Of a DNA stretch of 15,071 nt, positions 6,509-12,795 are shown piece after piece. The position numbers were made by a program, and so were the translations under genes. Under the pieces are notes generated by a model that was given only the letters and a program-made list of their open reading frames with translations, was not told the DNA's origin and did not search any database. The stretch is from an uncultured Candidatus Saccharibacteria bacterium (GTDB lineage: Bacteria > Patescibacteriota > 4484-211 > GCA-002791395), in contig CAYZXG010000016.1 in NCBI GenBank assembly GCA_964482365.1, forward strand, positions 1 through 15,071, given 5' to 3'. Every line of letters begins with the position of its first letter. Position 1 is the first letter of the stretch.

Positions 6509-7108
6509 TTAAGCGTTATTTTTTTGTTGTTCATTGTCGGTGGTGCCATCAATTTTTTTTGTCTGTAATCTCTTTTCTTTGTATCCTTTCTTAAAGCCAA
6601 CCCACAGGTCTCTTACCACTACGTTACCTTGAAACATGAACAGATATGCCATTAAAAGACACACCAGCGAACTTGCGATGATTACTATTCCACCTGAGGT
6701 AAATCCGTTAACTTTCCACACCATAATTTCGGAGATAGTAATCGCAGTTCCCACGCCCCATAGCACCAGTCCACTTACCGGCCAGAGTGGCCAATTCCAC
6801 TTGTAGAGAAGAAATAAAACCGTTGCGATAAATCCAAGAATTCCGATCCAGATAATATAGCCCGCGTTGATTTGTAAAAGAGATAACAGCGAAATGCCTA
6901 CATCTTGTGACGTCATCATTGCGGATAAATCCTCGCGTCCCATAGGTGACAGAAGAAACGATACGCGACTCACCATAAGCCCGACAACGGTAGAAAATAA
7001 TGCAAGATCGATAAGTTTTTCTTCGGCGTAATACGCTTTCTTGCCAAAATACCACAGTACAAAAATCCCCGAGAGGAATGATAAAAGATACAGACCGCCA
7101 ATGAACAT
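6509..7108 (-). CDS. Polytopic membrane protein (5 TM) with weak N-terminal resemblance to prolipoprotein diacylglyceryl transferase (Lgt). The Lgt signature G-R-x-G-N-F motif is not found.
   Basis: 199 aa. The N-terminus LYLLSFLSGIFVLWYFGKKAYYAEEKLIDLALFSTVVGLMVSRVSFLL resembles the Lgt segment (K..VIDL.LF....II.AR..YV.F). Five hydrophobic helices and a Lys-rich C-terminal tail. A TATAAT lies 6 nt upstream of the ATG on the minus strand. Confidence 0.45.
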   Translation of the reverse strand: MFIGGLYLLSFLSGIFVLWYFGKKAYYAEEKLIDLALFSTVVGLMVSRVSFLLSPMGREDLSAMMTSQDVGISLLSLLQINAGYIIWIGILGFIATVLFLLYKWNWPLWPVSGLVLWGVGTAITISEIMVWKVNGFTSGGIVIIASSLVCLLMAYLFMFQGNVVVRDLWVGFKKGYKEKRLQTKKIDGTTDNEQQKNNA

Positions 7109-7114
7109 AGAGCA

Positions 7115-7120
7115 ATTATA
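7115..7120 (-). promoter_or_regulatory. TATAAT (minus strand) 6 nt upstream of the membrane-protein ATG at 7108; leaderless arrangement.
   Basis: The minus-strand sequence reads GTAACTATAATTGCTCTATG. No SD. Confidence 0.35.
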
Positions 7121-7201
7121 GTTACCTTACGTGAAAATGTCTATCGCGCTAACGTGCAATCTTTGTCAAAAATGCACTTATGGGTTACAATTCAGCCATA
7201 T

Positions 7202-8080
7202 ATGGATGCAGCACAACTAGAAAAAATTCAACAAACTATTACCAACGCTCAGAAGGTTACGATTATAACCATGCAGCCGCCGTTTCCTGATGCGCTGTTT
7301 TCTTTGATGGCACTACGTGATGCACTTAATCGTCGCGATAAAAAAGTCTCACTGATTGCTCCTGGCCTTGATGTACAAAAAGCGCCCGGACAGCTTCCTC
7401 ACTTGGAAGAAGTTGTTAACGAGGTGCCCGCGCAACAGATGGTCATTCGCGTTGGTCTTTCGGGAAACCATGTTTCAAAAGTTAATTACGAGGAAAAAGA
7501 TGGGAGCGTTTTTGTGCACATCGTTGCGCAGGAGGGGATCATAACAGGGGATGACATCGAAAAGATTACCAGTGTTATTGACAGCGATGTGTTGATTGCG
7601 CTTGGAATTCATGCGCCATCAGATGTGGTTGGTTGGCCTGATGGATGGAATCAGACTTTCACTTCGGGTTCTGGGGAACGAACGATCATAAATCTGGACG
7701 TTGATTCTCATAATGCACAGTTTGGAAACATAAACATAGTTGATCCGAGTGCGTCGTCGTTAAGTGAGCTAACGTTTCGATTGTTTAGCGGTCTTTCGTG
7801 GGAGATTGATGCCGATACCGCTCAATATCTTTACCGAGGAATTACAAATGCAACGCGTCAGTTTAGACAGTTTATGAGTCCTGAAACGTTTGAAGTGGCT
7901 GCGCAACTTTTGCGGCTCGGGGCAAAAACGAAACCCGAAAATGAAGCCGAGAATAATGTCGTGAATTCTGCATCAAACGATACGCCAAAAAGTGATGGAG
8001 TAGAAAAACTTGAAAGTGAACACGAACATATTCCACATCAAGAAGTAAAAAAGCCGTTGGCACAGCCAATACATTTGTAG
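7202..8080 (+). CDS. DHH-family phosphoesterase, NrnA-like, with degenerate catalytic motifs, no DHHA1 domain and an acidic low-complexity C-terminal tail. A possible pseudoenzyme.
   Basis: Alignment to NrnA by eye. LEKIQQTITNAQKVTIITMQPPFPDALFS parallels ELIRTIS..DTIILHRHVRPDPDAYGS. SASSLSELTFRLFSGL...AQYLYRGITNATRQF...TFEVAAQLLRLGA parallels TSASSTSEIVYELIS...ALYTGIVGDTGRF...VAAELLEKGA. DHH motif III reads DSH. Motif I DPD reads FPD. No GGGH is found. The ORF is open from a GTG at 7154; ATGs at 7172 and 7202. 7202 is preferred, with a TACAAT 10 nt upstream. Confidence 0.6.
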   Translation: MDAAQLEKIQQTITNAQKVTIITMQPPFPDALFSLMALRDALNRRDKKVSLIAPGLDVQKAPGQLPHLEEVVNEVPAQQMVIRVGLSGNHVSKVNYEEKDGSVFVHIVAQEGIITGDDIEKITSVIDSDVLIALGIHAPSDVVGWPDGWNQTFTSGSGERTIINLDVDSHNAQFGNINIVDPSASSLSELTFRLFSGLSWEIDADTAQYLYRGITNATRQFRQFMSPETFEVAAQLLRLGAKTKPENEAENNVVNSASNDTPKSDGVEKLESEHEHIPHQEVKKPLAQPIHL

Positions 8081-8151
8081 CGATAAGGAACCACCGTTTT
8101 GGCATATCTGACGGTAAATTACTCTAGGGTACATATGGTACGGTGTAATAG

Positions 8152-8180
8152 TTGCGCAATTTACGGAAAAATGGTATAAC
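8152..8180 (+). promoter_or_regulatory. Candidate sigma-70-type promoter for rpsO: -35 TTGCGC, 17-bp spacer, extended -10 TGGTATAAC.
   Basis: TTGCGC at 8152-8157 and TGgTATAAC at 8172-8180. The GAGGAA SD at 8194-8199 lies 10 nt before the ATG. Confidence 0.4.
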
Positions 8181-8209
8181 ATAAGGGAAATTGAGGAATT
8201 TCAATACAT

Positions 8210-8479
8210 ATGGCATTATCGACGGTCGAAAAACAATCAATAATTACGGATTATAAAACCCACGACGTGGACACTGGTTCGCCTGAGGTTCAGGTTGCGC
8301 TTCTTACAGAGAAGATTACGCGAGTCACCGCACATCTTAGTGAACACGGTCATGATGACCATACGCGTGTTGGACTGTTAAAGCTTGTAGGAAAACGACG
8401 CAGGATTTTGCGCTATTTACGATCAAAAGACGAAGTTCGGTACAAGAATTTGATTAAGAAATTAGGCATTCGAGGATAA
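8210..8479 (+). CDS. rpsO: 30S ribosomal protein S15.
   Basis: 89 aa. MALS..KQ.II..Y..H..DTGSPEVQVALLTE.I..L..HL..H..D.HSRRGLL.LV..RR.LL.YL....RY..LI..LGIR is canonical S15. SD GAGGAA. TAA stop. Confidence 0.95.
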   Translation: MALSTVEKQSIITDYKTHDVDTGSPEVQVALLTEKITRVTAHLSEHGHDDHTRVGLLKLVGKRRRILRYLRSKDEVRYKNLIKKLGIRG

Positions 8480-8617
8480 GTTTGCAGGGATGAGGTAAAA
8501 TAGAGTTTGGGTTTGCAGAGTGAAAAGCAGCAAGCAAATAAGAAGCAATAGAACGGTAATGGATTGTGTCTTGTTACACTTGTGTCTTTTCCTCTCACAT
8601 CCCCGCCAGGAATTTAC

Positions 8618-10750
8618 ATGGCAGAAATTATTACACAAACAATAGAAGTCGGTGGAAAAACCATAACTCTTGAAACGGGTCTTTTGGCACAAAAAGCTCA
8701 TGGTGCAGTACTTGCGCGCATGGGGGATACCGCAGTGTTAGCTACGGTTGTTGCATCAGATCCTGTTGAAGGACTGGATTATTTTCCCCTCAAAGTTGAT
8801 TACGAAGAACGATTGTATGCTGGTGGAATCATAAAAGGTAGCCGTTGGGTAAAACGTGAAGGTCGTCCTTCCGAAGACTCAGTACTAACCGCACGAGTTA
8901 TTGATCGTTCCATTCGTCCATTATTTCCCAAAACATACCGTGATGATGTTCAGGTAATTGCCATGCTCATGTCAGTTGATAACGAGAATGATCCTGTAGT
9001 GTTGGCTCTTACGGCTGTATCTGCTGCGCTTTCAATGTCAGGAATTCCATGGAATGGCCCGGTAAGTGGAGTACGAATTGGTCGATCAAACGGTGAATTT
9101 GTGGTTAATCCCACCATTGAGCAATTAGAAAAATCTGATATGGATCTGTTTGTTACCTCAACTACCGAGAATATTTTGATGGTTGAAATGGGTGGCGATC
9201 AAGTTGCCGAACAGATTGTATTGGGTGGTATGGAAAAAGCACAAGAGATGGACAAAATTATCGTTTCTGGGATCAAAGAATTTACGCAAAAAGTAGTTGA
9301 CAAAAAAGGATACGCATATGAATACGAAGAAAAAGAATTAACCGAAGCTCAGGTCGCCGAAAAACAAGTACTAGAAACAGTTAAAACGTTTATTGAAGAA
9401 AACTTCCCACAAGAGATTATCGAAAAAGCAGGCGAAGGAAGAAATCCTGCACAAGAACACTTTTTAGAAAAAGTTTTTGCTCAGTTTGAAGGTAAAACCT
9501 CAAAAGGTAAGATGAACGATCTTATTAGCGAAGTGATAAAGAAAAAGGTACGAAGCAAAGTTCTTACTGAAAACACTCGAGTTGATGGTCGCTTGATGAC
9601 GCAAGTTCGTCCTCTTTCAGCGCAAGTTGGATTGTTTGCCAGAACACATGGAACTGGACTTTTTATGCGCGGCGAAACGCATGTTCTTACGGTTGCAACA
9701 CTTGGTTCTACCTCACTTGAGCAACTTTTGGAGACAATGCATGGTGAAGTTTCAAAACGGTATATGCATCACTACAATTTCCCTCCGTACTCTGTGGGAG
9801 AAACGGGGAGGATTGGTTCACCGGGACGGCGTGAGATCGGTCATGGTGCTCTTGCAGAACGCGCATTGATGGCAGTTATTCCTTCACGAGAAGAGTTTCC
9901 CTACACGATTCGTTTGGTGAGTGAAGTTATGAGTTCGAACGGCTCAACGAGTATGGCATCCGTTTGCGGATCAACGCTTGCACTTATGGACGCAGGAGTA
10001 CCCATCAAGGAGCCTGTTTCAGGTATCGCTATGGGACTTATGAAAGACGGCGATAACGTTAAAGTGCTGACCGATATTCAAGGCATTGAAGATTTTTACG
10101 GCGATATGGATTTTAAAGTTGCAGGTACAAAGAGCGGTATCACCGCTCTACAGATGGATGTAAAGATTGATGGGATTACGCGAGAAATATTAGAGATCGC
10201 ACTTACCCAAGCTAAGGCTGCACGTCTTGAGATTTTGGATGTAATGCTGGCCGTTATTGATGTGCCACGCGATCATTTGAGTACATTTGCTCCACGAATC
10301 AAGTCGATCAAAATTGATCCCGCTAAAATTGGTGAAATTATCGGGCCGGGTGGAAAAAACATTCGCGCGTTGCAAGAAGATACGAGTACTGAGATTGATA
10401 TTGATGAAGATGGAACGGTACACATTTCAGGTGTTGATCCACAAGGTGTTCAGGATGCATACGATCGAGTTGATCAGATGACGCGTGAGATCAAAGTAGG
10501 GGAAGTCTATCACGGAAAAGTTGTTCGACTTATGGATTTTGGTGCATTTGTTGAGATTTTGCCAGGCCGAGACGGCTTAGTTCACGTGTCGGAACTTTCA
10601 CCTGGATTTGTAAAAAGTGTTTCGGATGAAGTAAGTGAAGGCGATGAAATCGATGTAAAGGTTATTAAGATTGACGATCAAGGTCGCATAAATCTTTCTC
10701 GCAAGGCACTTATGGGTGATCAAAAACATCAAGAGCAAAACCCTGCGTAA
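8618..10750 (+). CDS. pnp: Polyribonucleotide nucleotidyltransferase (PNPase).
   Basis: 711 aa from the ATG at 8618 (MAEIITQTIEVGGKTITLETG), with SD AGGAA 7 nt upstream. It has two RNase PH domains, a KH domain (IGEIIGPGGKNIRALQE) and a C-terminal S1 domain (GEVYHGKVVRLMDFGAFVEILPGRDGLVHVSEL). It sits directly downstream of rpsO in the conserved rpsO-pnp order. The longer ORF from 8564 is judged N-terminal over-extension. Confidence 0.95.
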   Translation: MAEIITQTIEVGGKTITLETGLLAQKAHGAVLARMGDTAVLATVVASDPVEGLDYFPLKVDYEERLYAGGIIKGSRWVKREGRPSEDSVLTARVIDRSIRPLFPKTYRDDVQVIAMLMSVDNENDPVVLALTAVSAALSMSGIPWNGPVSGVRIGRSNGEFVVNPTIEQLEKSDMDLFVTSTTENILMVEMGGDQVAEQIVLGGMEKAQEMDKIIVSGIKEFTQKVVDKKGYAYEYEEKELTEAQVAEKQVLETVKTFIEENFPQEIIEKAGEGRNPAQEHFLEKVFAQFEGKTSKGKMNDLISEVIKKKVRSKVLTENTRVDGRLMTQVRPLSAQVGLFARTHGTGLFMRGETHVLTVATLGSTSLEQLLETMHGEVSKRYMHHYNFPPYSVGETGRIGSPGRREIGHGALAERALMAVIPSREEFPYTIRLVSEVMSSNGSTSMASVCGSTLALMDAGVPIKEPVSGIAMGLMKDGDNVKVLTDIQGIEDFYGDMDFKVAGTKSGITALQMDVKIDGITREILEIALTQAKAARLEILDVMLAVIDVPRDHLSTFAPRIKSIKIDPAKIGEIIGPGGKNIRALQEDTSTEIDIDEDGTVHISGVDPQGVQDAYDRVDQMTREIKVGEVYHGKVVRLMDFGAFVEILPGRDGLVHVSELSPGFVKSVSDEVSEGDEIDVKVIKIDDQGRINLSRKALMGDQKHQEQNPA

Positions 10751-10823
10751 GATAGGTTCAAATTTTTCCTCATGACTGTATCCTGTAGCATATTTAATAT
10801 GTAATGCATTTTGCCTATGTGTA

Positions 10824-10832
10824 TGGTATTAT
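10824..10832 (+). promoter_or_regulatory. Candidate extended -10 (TGGTATTAT) upstream of the small GC-rich membrane protein gene.
   Basis: TGgTATTAT at 10824-10832. The ATG at 10905 has a strong SD AAAGGAGG. Confidence 0.3.
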
Positions 10833-10904
10833 CTGCCTGTAAAATCCGATAGTCGTTAATTTTTGATCGCACATTTGAATTTCATTTCCCAAAGGAGGCT
10901 AGTC

Positions 10905-11192
10905 ATGACGCACGCATATTATGTTTTTCCTCGCGGTACTTTGAATGCGCATCTGAAAACCACATGGTCAACGCCACTGACCGTTTTGGTTGTTGTATTG
11001 ATCGCAGTGGCGGTCGGAGTCGGCTTGATCTGGGCCTTTGCTACGGGGTTGATCGATCTCAGTCCGGTGGTGATCTCCCAGATCGGCAAGGCAAAGTTTG
11101 AGGTTGAGAATGTTCGCATCGGAAATTTCGGATGGATGGATCCCGATGCGATGGGTCGGTACCTAGCCGACATGTTTCGCATTCCGCTTTAG
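10905..11192 (+). CDS. Small single-pass membrane protein, function unknown. Locally elevated GC content.
   Basis: The ATG at 10905 is preceded by CAAAGGAGGCTAGTC, a strong SD with a 6-nt spacer. 95 aa with one TM helix (PLTVLVVVLIAVAVGVGLIWAFATGLI) and a 45-aa soluble tail. The ORF tool start at 10863 has no SD. Coding GC is above 50% versus about 42% for neighbouring genes. Confidence 0.55.
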   Translation: MTHAYYVFPRGTLNAHLKTTWSTPLTVLVVVLIAVAVGVGLIWAFATGLIDLSPVVISQIGKAKFEVENVRIGNFGWMDPDAMGRYLADMFRIPL

Positions 11193-11219
11193 GGGGGTTG
11201 TGATGACCCTCCACATAGT

Positions 11220-11269
11220 AAGAGCCTAGTCAGGGTAAGTGATACCCCGTCTAGGCTCTTGTTTTGTTC
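11220..11269 (+). terminator. Rho-independent terminator after the small membrane protein gene.
   Basis: Stem AGAGCCTAG / CTAGGCTCT (11221-11229 and 11251-11259) with an inner GGGTA/TACCC stem, followed by TGTTTTGTT. Confidence 0.65.
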
Positions 11270-11486
11270 AGCGGTAGATATTAATCTGGGGTTTCCCAAT
11301 AAACGTTTTGAGTATTTTTTTCGTCAGGTCTGAGGTTGTTTTCAGCCGTGTCGCCAGGCTATTAATGAGAACTCCACAAGTGTTGTTAATAGCATTTCGT
11401 AAGGTAACCTCACAAAGATTCTCATTATCAGATAATGGCGTTAGTGTAACAACAAACTGTATCGCGCGTGGGTATTCAGACGACAT
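11268..11486 (-). CDS. Hypothetical small protein (72 aa), overlapping the 3' end of the upstream ORF in another frame. Coding status uncertain.
   Basis: ORF with ATG at 11486, a weak GTGGG SD-like element and a TGA stop. No recognisable family. An antisense ORF (11308..11517, plus strand) competes with it. Confidence 0.3.
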   Translation of the reverse strand: MSSEYPRAIQFVVTLTPLSDNENLCEVTLRNAINNTCGVLINSLATRLKTTSDLTKKILKTFIGKPQINIYR

Positions 11487-11653
11487 GACCCACTCGCTCG
11501 TGCATTCAGTAGTTTAGTTTCGACGTGGGCATTATCAACTACTACTTGAACCCGAGAGAGAAGTCGTTCTAAATAGTCAACACGGACCGTCTCGCTTATC
11601 ATCTTTTGCGAGAGCTCGGGGTTTTCGTACACTCTTACCGAAAGTGAAGCCAT
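11441..11653 (-). CDS. Hypothetical small protein (70 aa). A possible ribbon-helix-helix-like DNA-binding fold; speculative.
   Basis: ATG at 11653 with GGTGG 6 nt upstream. The N-terminus SLSVRVYENPELSQKMISETVRVDYLERLLSRVQ has a beta-strand then two-helix pattern compatible with CopG/Arc-like RHH proteins. No firm family assignment. Confidence 0.35.
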   Translation of the reverse strand: MASLSVRVYENPELSQKMISETVRVDYLERLLSRVQVVVDNAHVETKLLNARASGSCRLNTHARYSLLLH

Positions 11654-11694
11654 AATCTACCACCTTTGCAATTTCAATGCCTCCTTGCTGTACT

Positions 11695-12003
11695 CTACGG
11701 TTGAGAAGGTGGACGTTTCACTGCATATTTTTTTAAAATCTGCGAAACCCAGCTTGGGGTAACATTGAATTCTCTTGCGATTTCCGTCTGATTAAACTTT
11801 TTTCCTTTTCCATCCCTACCAAAAAGATAGCGAAAGATCATAAGTACATACTTTTCCGGTATAGGTAGTCCTGAGGTGTGCGGGAAGATTTGCTCTCTCA
11901 TTTGTTGTATTTCCAGTTCTTCAATCTTTCCGACTTCTTCAGGACGAGATTCTTTTATGAGGCGAAGGGTTGCATCAATCGCCCACTGAAATGGATTTGC
12001 CAT
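11695..12003 (-). CDS. Sigma-70 region-4-like helix-turn-helix mini-protein (102 aa). A stand-alone sigma-4-type DNA-binding domain.
   Basis: EKYVLMIFRYLFGRDGKGKKFNQTEIAREFNVTPSWVSQILKKYAVK matches the sigma-70 region-4 pattern (L.ER.R.V..LRFG......T..EIA...GVS...V.Q.........). No region-2 is present. SD AAGGAG lies 9-10 nt upstream of the ATG at 12003. Confidence 0.6.
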   Translation of the reverse strand: MANPFQWAIDATLRLIKESRPEEVGKIEELEIQQMREQIFPHTSGLPIPEKYVLMIFRYLFGRDGKGKKFNQTEIAREFNVTPSWVSQILKKYAVKRPPSQP

Positions 12004-12027
12004 AATGAGGTTCTCCTTTGTAGTGAA

Positions 12028-12237
12028 TTACAGGTCGTCGGCGGTTGTTTTTGAAATATATGAAACGATTTTTGTGTTAATCTTTGGAATGCACGTACAT
12101 AAAAGTCCTCCACCAATAGAGATAAACGCAAAACCTAGAACAATAAGCCATCCTTGTGTTGCAAATAGTCCATCCAGGATAAAGATGATACCCATCAATC
12201 CAAGAATCACACAAAATACTCGGGAAATTGAATTCAT
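12028..12237 (-). CDS. Small 2-TM membrane protein (about 69 aa), first gene of the minus-strand module.
   Basis: ATGs at 12243 and 12237. AAAGAAAGG lies 7 nt upstream of the second ATG, which is preferred. Helices VFCVILGLMGIIFILDGLF and WLIVLGFAFISIGGGLLCTCI. The stop is 24 nt before the sigma-4-like gene start. Confidence 0.5.
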   Translation of the reverse strand: MNSISRVFCVILGLMGIIFILDGLFATQGWLIVLGFAFISIGGGLLCTCIPKINTKIVSYISKTTADDL

Positions 12238-12265
12238 GACCATGCCTTTCTTTTCACGCAAATAA

Positions 12266-12795
12266 TAAATACCTACACTATTGAAACTGTTAAAGAACAA
12301 CACAGTGGGGCAGGACTGAGCCAACATTATATCTCAAATGCGACTAATGTGTATTGATGCTAAATTCTACCTGCGATTGTAACCCCCTGAAGTAGTTGTT
12401 GAACACTTAAAGTGGTGTTTGATAGTGCATTGTTTTTCGAGGACGATTGTTGATCGCTCAAATAATATCTGAAAGGTTTTCGTTAGTAACCGTATTAAAG
12501 ACCGAGTGTTACTGTCTTTCGAGCCTTGATTGAAGACTCAGAGGGTACGGTCGCAACCTTCGTTACTAATAACAGACAGCTCACCCGTTCATACACCGTG
12601 CGGGTTCCACTTAAATGCCCTTTACTCACAACTGAGTAACTTTCCAATTTCTCTTGAAGCGACCTTACTATCTAGGGGTTGCATTCGTTTCTCGAGCTGG
12701 TCTTTTTGGGACTTTGATAGTAAGATGTTGGCTGTATTTGCTAGTTCGTGTTTTTTGGAACATTTCCAACCTAATTTTCATAAGGAGAGTAATTG
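12266..12795. other. 530-bp ORF-poor intergenic region or leader between the divergent minus-strand module and the flotillin-like gene. It contains local hairpins and short direct repeats. Candidate long 5' UTR or unclassified ncRNA.
   Basis: There is no convincing ORF; the only one is a low-complexity 88-aa ORF at 12530..12796. Hairpins AAAGAC(12)GTCTTT and ACCCG(13)CGGGT. Repeated TTCGTTA(G/C)TAA. The SD AAGGAGAG lies at 12783-12790. Confidence 0.4.

Noticed and set aside
8564-8617. The longer pnp ORF starting at 8564 (MCLVTLVSFPLTSPPGIYMAEII...).
   Set aside because: The extension has no SD and is non-conserved, low-complexity sequence. The ATG at 8618 has an AGGAA SD at the right spacing and gives the canonical PNPase N-terminus.
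8480-8617. E. coli-like rpsO terminator or RNase III autoregulatory hairpin in the rpsO-pnp spacer.
   Set aside because: Only short 4-bp inverted repeats (GTGT/ACAC) and the direct repeats GTTTGCAG x2 and TTGTGTCTT x2 are present. There is no convincing stem-loop plus U-tract. rpsO and pnp are probably co-transcribed, but that is not demonstrable here.
12266-12795. A known riboswitch or structured RNA class (TPP, glycine, FMN, SRP RNA, RNase P, tmRNA) in the 530-bp leader.
   Set aside because: I scanned by eye for the conserved cores (CUGAGA and ACCCUUUGAACCUGAUC for TPP, the SRP domain IV GGAAGCAGC, the tmRNA 3' end, the RNase P P4 strands). None is present. Only generic hairpins were found.
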